Of a DNA stretch of 64,000 nucleotides, positions 1 to 9,610 are shown in pieces. The stretch is from positions 1 through 64,000 of the IMG/VR virus record IMGVR_UViG_3300025838_000022; one strand, given 5' to 3'. The stretch's first letter is position 1. Every line of letters begins with the position of its first letter. The position numbers and the translations under genes are program-made. This stretch comes from a virus (lineage: Duplodnaviria > Caudoviricetes). The notes under the pieces were generated by a model. It saw only the letters and a list, made by a program, of their open reading frames with translations. It was not told the DNA's origin and did not search any database.

Positions 1-355
1 AACCACGGTACCGTAGTGGATACCGTAGTTCCTGATGAACCTCGCCTGCAGCTAACTCTTCAGCACCAGAGACGTGTATTGTTGAGCAGCACAGTGCTCA
101 CACGCGTGGAGAGGCATTCGTAGTACTCTTTACTACGCAGCACGACGCATCACGTCTATGCTGGCACGATCACACACCCTCACAGCACACAATGCCTGTG
201 AGATGCCGTTCGTGACACTCTCGGGGACACCCTTGAGTTAGGAGTACCGCCTTAGTTGGCGAATACCAAAAGAAGTTCATAATCTTTTTCTGTTGCTACT
301 GCAAACGTCACTGTAAGGCAAATAATAGGATGGCAACTTTTTGGACTTTGAATAC

Positions 356-497
356 TTGATGCACTAAAAATGGGGCCAAGAAGGGGGCCTAATGATGCAT
401 GGAGCGATCATTAAGGGGGATAATGGTGCATAGAGTATCCATTAAGGGCTTAACCGACACTCTATGATGCATTATAAAAAATCGCGGGGGGGCCTAA
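356..497. repeat. Imperfect ~31-35 bp repeats (T-R-R-TGCA...GGG) in the non-coding left end
   Basis: TAATGATGCATGGAGCGATCATTAAGGGGGA (390-420) is followed directly by TAATGGTGCATAGAGTATCCATTAAGGGCTT (421-451); looser copies start near 356 and 463. Confidence 0.5.
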
Positions 498-601
498 AGC
501 CCCTGCTGCAATACTTAGTGCACTAAAGTAAATAAAGACAATGTAAAAATATAGGTTTTTTGGTATAGGAAGTAGCGATTGTTCTATCCCGGAGTTACAC
601 T

Positions 602-967
602 ATGCCTTTTACAAAAGACAAATGGTCATATAGATATGCAAATGATGTCGAGGAAGACAGACCTCTTAATCCTAGAGAGATTGAGATTCTACAGGCACAC
701 CACGATGCTAAGATTGATTACCACGATAAAACGCTTGATCATCTAAAGGAAACGAGTGTGGGTAGAGAACACCCTATTTACAAGGCTCACCAAGCAGCTT
801 TCAGTGCACACTGCCTAGCTAAGCCAGGCAAAAGAACAGAACGTACGCTTTTATCGCAAAGGGAACAGACCGAAGAAGCTGATAGGCTGAGTAGAGAGGC
901 GGAAACATTGCAACATACTCCTGTTGCTCCATGGATCCAGGCTTTGCAAGAAGAGAACGAAGAATAA
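602..967 (+). CDS. Hypothetical protein with N-terminal WSYRYA leader (candidate internal head protein)
   Basis: 121-aa ORF, GGAG upstream, leader motif shared with neighbours. Confidence 0.7.
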   Translation: MPFTKDKWSYRYANDVEEDRPLNPREIEILQAHHDAKIDYHDKTLDHLKETSVGREHPIYKAHQAAFSAHCLAKPGKRTERTLLSQREQTEEADRLSREAETLQHTPVAPWIQALQEENEE

Positions 968-976
968 GGAGATACC

Positions 977-1933
977 ATGCCCTTTATTGAAGACATGTGG
1001 TCGAAAAAGACTGCTTCGACAGCAGATGAGATCCGTAGAGACCACGAAAATTTGAGCCAAGCTCTCGAGCAAGCAGAACGTACGGCTGAAGAAATGCGTG
1101 GTCGTTTTAGAGGCCAATACGACGCCATGCAAAATGTTAGTGATCTAGCTGGACGCGTTCAAGAGATCAATGACGCCAACAATGCTGCTCAAGCGCACCA
1201 CCTGCAGCAAGTCTCTGACGCCTTGAAGCGTACGCAATCAGGTGACGTTGTATACGACCCTATTGTTTATCCACACGCTCGTGTTGTACCACCATTGAAG
1301 CCTAAAAGTGCTTCTGTAAAGACTGCTGCGGGAACAAGCGAAGCTGTTCAACACCTGCTTAGAACAATCGGCACAGCTGTCCTCAGTCACTCTGGTTTTA
1401 CTGACCACATTACTGACACCCACTGGGGCCACACTCAGAAAGCATTTGATGTCCTTAACAAGTATCACAATGCTTACGCCATGGGTAACACCGCTGAGAA
1501 CATTATTAACTACTTCCGCAATCAGCCTAAGAACAGAATGGACGACGAGACTGCTAAACGCCACTCCAAGCTGGCGGAGCAACACCAACGCCTTGCTCGA
1601 GACATTGATGAGATCCTTGAGTCGCGGGCTATGGGTACCCCAGACCGTAAGCTCGAAGCAGAAACAGCCTACGATGGCACTGTAGCCGCACTACGCAGTG
1701 CAGGAATGCTGGGTATCAAGGTACCTACACCATTCACCAACTACTTCAACCAGAAGAAGGATCAAATGATTAACAACGTTGATCCTAGTGCCTCACGTAG
1801 ACAACAAACATGTGAACACGGTGTCCCACTGACTGCTGTCATGAACGATGCTGCATGCCCACAATGCTTTAATGCTGCTAACGATCACGATGATAGCACC
1901 CCATACGAAGTCACCGATAGCGACTTCATGTAA
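977..1933 (+). CDS. Hypothetical protein, N-terminal coiled coil, C-terminal CEHG...CPQC zinc motif
   Basis: 318-aa ORF, AAGGAG RBS, WSKKTA leader. Confidence 0.8.
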   Translation: MPFIEDMWSKKTASTADEIRRDHENLSQALEQAERTAEEMRGRFRGQYDAMQNVSDLAGRVQEINDANNAAQAHHLQQVSDALKRTQSGDVVYDPIVYPHARVVPPLKPKSASVKTAAGTSEAVQHLLRTIGTAVLSHSGFTDHITDTHWGHTQKAFDVLNKYHNAYAMGNTAENIINYFRNQPKNRMDDETAKRHSKLAEQHQRLARDIDEILESRAMGTPDRKLEAETAYDGTVAALRSAGMLGIKVPTPFTNYFNQKKDQMINNVDPSASRRQQTCEHGVPLTAVMNDAACPQCFNAANDHDDSTPYEVTDSDFM

Positions 1934-2063
1934 ACCCTTATAAACAAAGGGAAAACGACGTACAATCGAAACGCCTTGCAATATAAGGGAAAATGGAAAT
2001 TCGGAACTTTTTTCCCCGAAGGCGCGCGCGTAAACTGTGCAAATAACAATATAAGGTAATGGT

Positions 2064-3431
2064 ATGAAGATATTTAATAGTAGTAAGAAGACACGTAGAA
2101 CTTTTAATAGCGTTCTTGCAGGTGTTTTCGATGATATCCCCACAGACAAACCACAAGTACCTGACGATGCTGTTGACAAGCAAAAGAAGGTTGGCCCACT
2201 GAGAATGCGTTTCTTCAATGGGTTTGCTTCATTTGACCAAGACCCAATGAAGCGTGGCCTTGATAAGGGTGCTCAGGTTGCTGCTCACCACTACCTAAAG
2301 GGTTGTCACTATGCTTGTGCCAAAGATCACGCTGATGGTATATGCCGCAAAGATGACTCTTGTGAGCGTAATAACTGCGTTGGTGGATACAAAGACCAAG
2401 GTCTCAGCGAGCCTACTCAAGAAGCCATTGAAACGTTTGGTTTGATCAAGCCTAAATATGGTAAAGGCCGTGGCAACTGGATGTATTCCGGTGACTGCAG
2501 CAGAAGACAGTTAAGAGCTGAGGGTATTACTGATGAGTCTAACACGTCAAAACTTGCTAATTTGCCTACGTTGAGCTCGTATCTTAACCTTCAGCTTAAG
2601 CCTGCTGGGCGTGATGCAGATGAGAACAGGATTCATAACCTCACTGCCGACTACTACTTCTCTAACCCTAACACGATTGTTCGCTGGGGCAAAAAACCAG
2701 ATGGTTCAAAGGACTCAAATAAGCCAATTGCTATTGGTCAGTACTTTGATGAAAAGAACAAACCACAGATGGCTTACCCTGATGTGACCATTGGTGGTAT
2801 CCACCACCTCAGAAGATTGGCAGCTGACAACCTTTTGAACCGTGGTATCACTGACACAAAGACATGGTGGCACACAATGAAACACATTGGCCACTTTGCA
2901 CACAACGACCCCAATGATCCAGAGCAGCCCGGTGTTGCAGCTCATAAGGAAATTGAGGGTGTTTTCAGCTCAATCTTTGATCCTAAGAATACATATGTTA
3001 AAGATCCCAAAGAACAGCCAAAGTACAACAACGCAAGAACTGCAAGGTTTGTTCTCAGTAACCACCCTGGTCTTATTTTGAACAAAAATGCCCACCCTTC
3101 GGACAGTTGGATTGACGTTCAGAACCATAATGAAGCTGCTACAAGTAAAGATGAAGCAGTTAAGCGTGCTTATTACCGAGGATTCCCCTCAAGATACAGT
3201 CCAATGCTTGATGACAGAATGTCAAGTCTTGGTGCCAGAGGAAAATTTGACCCACTTCGCAACGATTGGCCTAAGCCTCACACGCAACTTTGGGCTGAAC
3301 GAGCCGTACAGGGTAGAAGAGACCAGGAAGATGCGTTGTTTGCTGGTCATGCAGACATTATTCCTGAGAATGTACCCAATCTTAGCCTTGGTGATCTTAG
3401 TGAAGAAGGTTACGAACCAGGTCTTGCATAA
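2064..3431 (+). CDS. Hypothetical protein with Cys cluster
   Basis: 455-aa ORF, FNS leader repeated twice at the N-terminus. Confidence 0.8.
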   Translation: MKIFNSSKKTRRTFNSVLAGVFDDIPTDKPQVPDDAVDKQKKVGPLRMRFFNGFASFDQDPMKRGLDKGAQVAAHHYLKGCHYACAKDHADGICRKDDSCERNNCVGGYKDQGLSEPTQEAIETFGLIKPKYGKGRGNWMYSGDCSRRQLRAEGITDESNTSKLANLPTLSSYLNLQLKPAGRDADENRIHNLTADYYFSNPNTIVRWGKKPDGSKDSNKPIAIGQYFDEKNKPQMAYPDVTIGGIHHLRRLAADNLLNRGITDTKTWWHTMKHIGHFAHNDPNDPEQPGVAAHKEIEGVFSSIFDPKNTYVKDPKEQPKYNNARTARFVLSNHPGLILNKNAHPSDSWIDVQNHNEAATSKDEAVKRAYYRGFPSRYSPMLDDRMSSLGARGKFDPLRNDWPKPHTQLWAERAVQGRRDQEDALFAGHADIIPENVPNLSLGDLSEEGYEPGLA

Positions 3432-3496
3432 AATTTTGTAAAAAGATACTTGACAAAACCCAAAAAATCCTCTTATATATAACTCAAGGAAATTTC

Positions 3497-3910
3497 ATGG
3501 CTGAAAAGTGTGACTGTGAAGCTTGTACTGTTAGAGAAAAGTACAAAGATAAGCAAAAAGTAGTCAAAAATACTGACAAAATCTCCGGATTTAAGGAAAA
3601 TATTGCCCAATCTAGCAATATTTCGTCAAAAGTTCTCAGTAAATTGACTAAATCCGACGAAAAACCTAAAAGTAACAAGTTTTTTCGTATCACAATCTCA
3701 GAATTTGATGAAATTGCTAAAACTTGCATGGAATATTCCCGTGAAGTAGATGAATTTGACTTCACGATGTTATTAGACGAGTTTTTTGACCTAGATATTG
3801 ACGATAATGATGACGTCAATGATCTTGACTACGAAAATGACATCGTCGTGTTCAAAAGTCTTGATGAAGTCATTGATTATCTTCAGAATAAAAGAGAAGA
3901 CGAACAATGA
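3497..3910 (+). CDS. Hypothetical protein (N-terminal CxCxxC, acidic C-terminus)
   Basis: 137-aa ORF, AAGGA RBS, overlaps next start (ATGA). Confidence 0.7.
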   Translation: MAEKCDCEACTVREKYKDKQKVVKNTDKISGFKENIAQSSNISSKVLSKLTKSDEKPKSNKFFRITISEFDEIAKTCMEYSREVDEFDFTMLLDEFFDLDIDDNDDVNDLDYENDIVVFKSLDEVIDYLQNKREDEQ

Positions 3911-4329
3911 CTGTAGAAGAACACGATCAAAATGTTACCCATCGCTATACTGTACATTACCCTGCTCACCCTGAGCGCACTTCAGACCCACACTACGTGG
4001 ACTTCAGCCACTATAGAGCAAAGACTAAAGGCACTGCTCAGTGTGCTGTCGGTGCTCATCGTAATGACTTTAGCGAATGTACTTTAGACGCTCCCTTAGA
4101 GCTTCACCACACACACATTGAGTTCTCATTGCAGAACGGTGTTGACCTTAAGTGGCTCGAGGTTGATTATCCCGGCGTATCTGACCCTGACACCGTTGGT
4201 GCATGGGTAGAGAGCGCAGAAAACTTGGAATGGCTTTGCCTATTCCACCACAGAGGTCATGGTGGCGTTCACACAACTGCTGCTGCTGATTACGAAGCAG
4301 AAAAATACGTACGAGGATTAATACAATGA
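3907..4329 (+). CDS. Small HNH-like (beta-beta-alpha-metal) protein
   Basis: C...C..LELHH...NLEWLCLFHH...H pattern. Confidence 0.5.
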   Translation: MTVEEHDQNVTHRYTVHYPAHPERTSDPHYVDFSHYRAKTKGTAQCAVGAHRNDFSECTLDAPLELHHTHIEFSLQNGVDLKWLEVDYPGVSDPDTVGAWVESAENLEWLCLFHHRGHGGVHTTAAADYEAEKYVRGLIQ

Positions 4330-4661
4330 GAACGTTTAATTCAAAAGAAGCAAATACTGGTGTCATTCTTCATGATCTATATAAAGCAATTTGGCCAGAA
4401 GGTCCAAAAACTATTGGAAGCGATGTAGCTAGAGCAGCAGACATCGCAACAAACCCAGACAAACGTCAGCACGCAAAAGATAGTCTTGAAAGCTTAAAAA
4501 CACTCCCAGGCTTAGCTGGTTTATACGCTAAAGAAAAAATTCAACATGCTAAGAACAGACTTAAAGGTTTGACACCAGAAAATCTTGATCCTGAAACCGG
4601 CATGCCGGTGCTGATTGCGAAGCAGAAAAATATGTTAGAGGACTTATCAAATGAACTTTAG
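4326..4661 (+). CDS. Hypothetical protein with MRTFNSKEA leader
   Basis: 111-aa ORF, translationally coupled (ATGA). Confidence 0.7.
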   Translation: MRTFNSKEANTGVILHDLYKAIWPEGPKTIGSDVARAADIATNPDKRQHAKDSLESLKTLPGLAGLYAKEKIQHAKNRLKGLTPENLDPETGMPVLIAKQKNMLEDLSNEL

Positions 4662-4878
4662 TGAACGTTATAGAAACGAACGGTTAGCAAATCCGCTGAT
4701 TGATCTCACAGCTAAAGAGATCGTAGCCTTGCTTACCCCAGTTGCAATTATGACGCAAAAAATTGTTTCTGACAAGATGGATCAACGTAAAAAAGAGCGT
4801 GAGCTCAGCAAGCTTGATAATTACGTCCACAAAGATCTTGATCCTCTAATCCATGGAGAATCTAATGGAATGGAGTAG
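4651..4878 (+). CDS. Hypothetical protein
   Basis: 75-aa ORF, GAGG RBS, tiles with neighbours. Confidence 0.65.
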   Translation: MNFSERYRNERLANPLIDLTAKEIVALLTPVAIMTQKIVSDKMDQRKKERELSKLDNYVHKDLDPLIHGESNGME

Positions 4879-5179
4879 AAGATACGCAATGGCAAAAGGG
4901 GATGACATTCCCACCCTCCTTGGCAAAATAAAAAACAATGCTTCTACGTATTTTCCAAACGCTAACGCAGCACCACATCAATGGGTTGCTAGATATTTTA
5001 TGACTGCAAAAGAACATGGTGCTGACAGCCATGAAGAACTTAGAAAAGCTTGTTATAAGAATTCTGATGAAGCTCGCCACATGGCACAGAATCAGCACAA
5101 ATCGTATTATGCGCACACAAAGATGTGGAGACAGCTCGGTGATCTACATTCAGACGCTCAAAGAGAAGCACAACAATGA
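4865..5179 (+). CDS. Hypothetical protein with MEWSRRYA leader
   Basis: Start moved to ATG 4865, which follows GGAG; tiles with neighbours. Confidence 0.65.
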   Translation: MEWSRRYAMAKGDDIPTLLGKIKNNASTYFPNANAAPHQWVARYFMTAKEHGADSHEELRKACYKNSDEARHMAQNQHKSYYAHTKMWRQLGDLHSDAQREAQQ

Positions 5180-5904
5180 CAGACCGCATTATTGGTAAAT
5201 TAGGTAAGCTTGATCCTAAGCGCCCCGCTGGTTTACACCAGTTAGCTTTTTATCAAGGCAGCCCTCTGCCAGTAGCTCCAGATACTGTTGCAGTGCCAAA
5301 TGTAGCTAGCTGGGGAATGTTAGGGAATGACAAATATGGGGATTGCACTTTTGCTGGTATTGTTCACGCCAGAATGGCTCACGCTGCTGTTTTGGGACTC
5401 TCCGAGGCTTTCCCCGCCGACACCGATGTGGAGAACGCGTACCTTTCTTATACTGGAGGAAAAGATCAAGGAGCAGTAGAGGCTGATCTTCTTAAGTATT
5501 GGCAGAGCAACGAATTGTTTGGTAGCAAGCTTGCTGCCTTTGCTCCTACTGACCATGCTGACCTTGATGAGCTTCGTAGCGTTATTGCTACGTTTGGTCT
5601 TGCTTACATTGGTGTTCAATTGCCTGTTACATTCCAACAGCAATTTCTTCAAAACCAACCTTGGGATCTAACTGGTACCCCTGCCGATAATCAAATTGAA
5701 GGTGGCCACTGTATTGTTCTTGTTGGGTATGACAAGGACCACGTGCAATGTATAACCTGGGGTAAAGTGCAGCAGATTACGTGGAGATGGTTGCAAAGCT
5801 ATATGGAAGAGAGCTGGGCTCTTATCACTCCAGAAATTGTTGAAAAAGGTGCTTATGGTGACATGCGCATCGATGACTTGACCGCTGACTTGGGGAAACT
5901 ATAA
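5176..5904 (+). CDS. Papain-like cysteine peptidase (C1-like fold)
   Basis: GND-x2-GDC (catalytic Cys), GGHCIVLVGYD (catalytic His), ITWG motif. Confidence 0.75.
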   Translation: MTDRIIGKLGKLDPKRPAGLHQLAFYQGSPLPVAPDTVAVPNVASWGMLGNDKYGDCTFAGIVHARMAHAAVLGLSEAFPADTDVENAYLSYTGGKDQGAVEADLLKYWQSNELFGSKLAAFAPTDHADLDELRSVIATFGLAYIGVQLPVTFQQQFLQNQPWDLTGTPADNQIEGGHCIVLVGYDKDHVQCITWGKVQQITWRWLQSYMEESWALITPEIVEKGAYGDMRIDDLTADLGKL

Positions 5905-6047
5905 TGGCTACTATTCCATTGAGAATTGAAGAAATTCTTGAACAACAAAAGATTGCATCTTCTATTGAAAAAGAACCAGTTACAAGACTTGCGCAATTAA
6001 TTGAAGAAGACAAAAATCGTTTTACTCCTCCCACTACCTGGGAATAA
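5904..6047 (+). CDS. Small hypothetical protein (47 aa, MATIPLRIEEILEQQKIASS...)
   Basis: Read manually; TAATG overlap with the upstream stop; below the ORF-track cutoff. Confidence 0.6.
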   Translation: MATIPLRIEEILEQQKIASSIEKEPVTRLAQLIEEDKNRFTPPTTWE

Positions 6048-6082
6048 GAGTTAAAACGGTCTTTAAGACGCAGTAGTAACTG

Positions 6083-6982
6083 ATGAGATACGCAGACACC
6101 AGTGCAGGCACTTACGAGAACGATGACTCGTTAAAAGCCATTGAGAACAATGAAGAAGGCTTTGGAATCCCAGGGCAATCTGCAGTTGGCACTGTTGGCA
6201 GCTTTAGATTCGCAGATATTGGCAATGAGGATGAAAACTCCACAGAGCTATCAGCACCAAAGCGCGTAACAAAGATCGATGTAACTGGCCAACCACCAGT
6301 TGTAGGAAATGAAGGGTTGTCAAGCGTCTCACCCGGATCGCTATCAACAATTATTGGAGCAAACATGAGCATGAATGCAAGAATTGCGTACGTCATGGAG
6401 AATGGTGAACCATTCTGCAATCACTGTGAAACTAATTACTTCCCAGGTACTCGTCTTGCTTGCACCCACTGCGGTTGCGGTAAGCCACAATACGATCACG
6501 GTCTTGGCGACAAGAATTTTAGCCACGTTGAAGGTCCAACGATTGGTGATATCGATGGTAAGCGTGACATCATCAAAGAAGAAGCTACAACCGCCAGCGC
6601 CTCTGATGAATACATAAGACTTTTTGCTTCTAATGGTGGTAGCGCAAGTGACCTTTACGTCCAAGGCAATATGGATGCAATGCAAAGAAAGCCTATGGAT
6701 GAAGATCTTGCTTTGTTGAGCAAAGACTACTACCAAGGATACCAGGACAGAAAATTCTACAACAAGACGCCACAACAAAGTGCTGGACAAAGCTTGTTTG
6801 ACATTAAACCAAACAGCAACGCCATCCCACGCTCTGACGGTAGCTCTAACCCTAGTTCAATGACACCTGGTGATTACGATCGTGGCCCTCTCGAGCTTAC
6901 AGATGGATTTAACCACGCTACTGCTAGCAAGAGAGCAACTTCACTTCCAGTTGATGTTATCCAAAAGTTTTTTGAGGTGTAA
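6083..6982 (+). CDS. Hypothetical protein with CNHC...CTHC zinc ribbon and several [KR]xA motifs
   Basis: 299-aa ORF starting MRYAD. Confidence 0.8.
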   Translation: MRYADTSAGTYENDDSLKAIENNEEGFGIPGQSAVGTVGSFRFADIGNEDENSTELSAPKRVTKIDVTGQPPVVGNEGLSSVSPGSLSTIIGANMSMNARIAYVMENGEPFCNHCETNYFPGTRLACTHCGCGKPQYDHGLGDKNFSHVEGPTIGDIDGKRDIIKEEATTASASDEYIRLFASNGGSASDLYVQGNMDAMQRKPMDEDLALLSKDYYQGYQDRKFYNKTPQQSAGQSLFDIKPNSNAIPRSDGSSNPSSMTPGDYDRGPLELTDGFNHATASKRATSLPVDVIQKFFEV

Positions 6983-6984
6983 TA

Positions 6985-7647
6985 ATGGAAATTTGCCACG
7001 TTTGCAACAAAGGCAATCTTGTTAGAACAGCTAGCAAGTTTGGCCCTGAGATCTACTGCGATGGTTGCCGTAGAGTAATCCTTAGCTCATACCTTGGTTT
7101 TAATTTCACTGCTGCTAGAGCTGCTGATGAAATTGAAGAGTGCAAGGTTGAGACCCCACAAGGCCCAATGCCTGGTTGGAAGGGTCCTGGTAAGAAGGCT
7201 AAGTGCCACATCTTTGAGCCAGGTGACTCTGAGGCTGAACAAGCCGCTAAAGCAAGAGCTATTGACTCTGCTTACGCTCACGAGCACAATAAGATTGCCT
7301 CAAGAATTATTAATTCAACAGCAGGGTTTATGGGTGCACCAACTTCAATGATGCCTCCTCAGCCACCGACGTCGCCAATGGCTGCACCAGACCTTAGAAA
7401 CTCTACTAACGTTCAGCCACAACCAACTAGCTCACAAGATCTTAGCAACACGGGTCAAACTGGTATTGGTGAAGCTACGGCTCCTGGTGGCATGCAGCCT
7501 GGGAACATGAATAGCAACATGCCAGTTAACAGTGGTACTACTGCTAAAAAAAAGATTGCTGAATTGCTTGAAGAGACGCTTGGCAAAAAATTTTGCACAC
7601 AACACATGACATATGATGGATGTAATCCAGACGAAAACTCGCAATAG
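6985..7647 (+). CDS. Hypothetical protein with N-terminal zinc ribbon (CHVC...CDGC)
   Basis: 220-aa ORF, GAGG RBS. Confidence 0.8.
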   Translation: MEICHVCNKGNLVRTASKFGPEIYCDGCRRVILSSYLGFNFTAARAADEIEECKVETPQGPMPGWKGPGKKAKCHIFEPGDSEAEQAAKARAIDSAYAHEHNKIASRIINSTAGFMGAPTSMMPPQPPTSPMAAPDLRNSTNVQPQPTSSQDLSNTGQTGIGEATAPGGMQPGNMNSNMPVNSGTTAKKKIAELLEETLGKKFCTQHMTYDGCNPDENSQ

Positions 7648-7671
7648 TCAATAAGAGAATAGAAAGATTCT

Positions 7672-8385
7672 ATGATGAATTACGACAACATTGAAATCGA
7701 AGCCAAGACTGCCGCTGCTGACACACGTTGGTTCAATGGCACATCAGAGAGCATCCTGACAAGACTCGACAGACTTCAGGATATCTTGGACAGAACGCGT
7801 ATGGCAGCTAGCAACCCCAATGCTGACATTAGAGACATTGAGCGTTATGCAAACATTCTAACTGAGCTTGGCGCTGAGAAGGAATCGCTTGAGAAGCTGG
7901 CTTCAGAGTATGTTGACTTTGACACAGATGATTACCTTAACAGCTTGCCAGGTGGTACTGTTGCTAAGGAATACCGTGTTAGCAGTGCTGGCACGACTGA
8001 CTTGGGCGAAGATGATGGTAGCTTGTTGTACCGTACAGCTTCTTCTGTTGAATCTGAGTACCATGACGCTGACTGGATCAATTTTGTCACTGCTGGTGCT
8101 GAGATCTGGGTTGAAGATCAAAACCCACGTTTGCTCAACAACCAACTGGACACCCGTGAAGCTGCTGTCTACTACGTTGAGCAAAAGACTCTCCCTCTCC
8201 TTGACACTGTAAAGCGTGCATCAATTATTGATAACTTTGTTGACAATGTTGAAATTTGCCGCAGAACAAAGAACGCAAGCGCAGAATTCCGCACTGTTAA
8301 GAGCGCAAAGGCTAACAAACTTGCTGCAACATTTGTACAAGATGCCATTGACGACTCCTTTGGGAGTGGCCTAAACTGGCTCTAA
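7672..8385 (+). CDS. Hypothetical, probably head-associated protein
   Basis: 237-aa ORF with C-ending codon bias like the structural genes; many [KR]xA motifs. Confidence 0.75.
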   Translation: MMNYDNIEIEAKTAAADTRWFNGTSESILTRLDRLQDILDRTRMAASNPNADIRDIERYANILTELGAEKESLEKLASEYVDFDTDDYLNSLPGGTVAKEYRVSSAGTTDLGEDDGSLLYRTASSVESEYHDADWINFVTAGAEIWVEDQNPRLLNNQLDTREAAVYYVEQKTLPLLDTVKRASIIDNFVDNVEICRRTKNASAEFRTVKSAKANKLAATFVQDAIDDSFGSGLNWL

Positions 8386-8386
8386 C

Positions 8387-8911
8387 ATGGAAGAGTGGAA
8401 CGGTTTTAGAGTCGTCGGTGCAGTAGAAGACGACACTACCAGCAACAATACTATTGATGAAAATAGTAATGAAAGCGATCTTGTATCGTCTTTAAAAACA
8501 ATGCTTGCTGAAGCATATGTTCTTTACCACACTATTCACGGTTTCCACTGGAATGTAACTGGCAGAGACTTCTACGAATATCACAAGTTCTTTGACGAGA
8601 TCGTAGACGATATCTACGAAAACATTGATCCTATTGCAGAGAACATTAGGAAGCTTGATGCAAAAGCTCCTTTCGTCATGAGCCAATTGGCTGGACTGAG
8701 TAGGATTAAAGAAGTAGGCTTTGTTGATGATGATTCACAAAAGCTTGCTAATCAATTCCTTGATATGAACAACGAATATATCGATCATATTAAGAAAGTT
8801 TTTGACCTTGCTAACAAAGAGAATGAGCAAGGCATTGCTAATTTTGTAGCTGAGCGTATCGACCAACACCAGAAGTGGAGTTGGTTCTTGAAGGCATCTA
8901 CTGAGGCATAA
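8387..8911 (+). CDS. dps: Dps / ferritin-like DNA protection protein with N-terminal extension
   Basis: HGFHWNVTG-x2-F-x3-H...D-x2-AE ferroxidase signature; C-terminal HQKWSWFL. Confidence 0.9.
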   Translation: MEEWNGFRVVGAVEDDTTSNNTIDENSNESDLVSSLKTMLAEAYVLYHTIHGFHWNVTGRDFYEYHKFFDEIVDDIYENIDPIAENIRKLDAKAPFVMSQLAGLSRIKEVGFVDDDSQKLANQFLDMNNEYIDHIKKVFDLANKENEQGIANFVAERIDQHQKWSWFLKASTEA

Positions 8912-9144
8912 TGGATTCAGTATCAGATAACATTAAAAATGTAGTAGCTTTGCTGACAGCGATCACGAGCGAGCAACAAGAGTTAGCTTACCAAATGGTA
9001 TTGGAAAGCGATCCAGTTCAATTGTTTAGTACAATAACTGGTGTTCTGCTTAGCACAATTGGTAAATATTGTGAGTTAACTGGAATAACAACAGAAGATT
9101 TCCTAAAAAACCTAGGAATGTTTGCTTTAAATCACAATGACTGA
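8911..9144 (+). CDS. Hypothetical protein
   Basis: 77-aa ORF, TAATG coupling. Confidence 0.65.
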   Translation: MDSVSDNIKNVVALLTAITSEQQELAYQMVLESDPVQLFSTITGVLLSTIGKYCELTGITTEDFLKNLGMFALNHND

Positions 9145-9439
9145 AAAAATTCAATTGCCAGAAGGCATTACTTATAATAAAAATAATTTTAATAATATAG
9201 AATTAGAATTTATTGAAGAAATCATAAATGACACTAATTGCAGCAAATGTGGATTGCATTTACAAGCTATATTGGTTACAGACAACTGCAGACACTCTGG
9301 CTTTATTAAATCAATAACAAATGGTAAAACTGTTTGGGAAAATACACTCCCAAGAGACCGTGTGCGTTCAATTAAAATGTTAAATGAAAATTTGGCATCA
9401 AAACTTGACAAACACATGGAAAGGCATAAAAATGATTAG
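9137..9439 (+). CDS. Hypothetical protein (CxxC)
   Basis: 100-aa ORF, overlaps neighbours. Confidence 0.6.
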   Translation: MTEKIQLPEGITYNKNNFNNIELEFIEEIINDTNCSKCGLHLQAILVTDNCRHSGFIKSITNGKTVWENTLPRDRVRSIKMLNENLASKLDKHMERHKND

Positions 9440-9602
9440 GTATAGCAATACACCCGATAAGAATTCCAAGGTTATCACAGACAGTCCAACTGCACCGATT
9501 AAGACAACAAGAGATTTTGCTGGTCTTAATGATGAAGGTAAGCCTAGCCAAAAGGTTAGAGACTTGCAGGACTTGGATGCCGAGGATATCAACGACGATT
9601 AA
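9432..9602 (+). CDS. Small hypothetical protein (MIRYSN...)
   Basis: Start at ATG 9432 after AAGG; leader resembles the RYA motif. Confidence 0.55.
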   Translation: MIRYSNTPDKNSKVITDSPTAPIKTTRDFAGLNDEGKPSQKVRDLQDLDAEDINDD

Positions 9603-9610
9603 GGACAATA

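Noticed and set aside
25-70. CTGATGA (+) and CTGAAGA (-) resembling a hammerhead ribozyme core
   Set aside because: No GAAA after a stem II and no consistent stems I and III on either strand
3437-3484. TTGACA promoter and a recurring intergenic TGTAAA motif (also near 543, 28394, 44018, 44032) as a late promoter
   Set aside because: No clean -10 at the right spacing and no consistent second element; short AT-rich words can recur by chance. A genome-wide motif search is needed.
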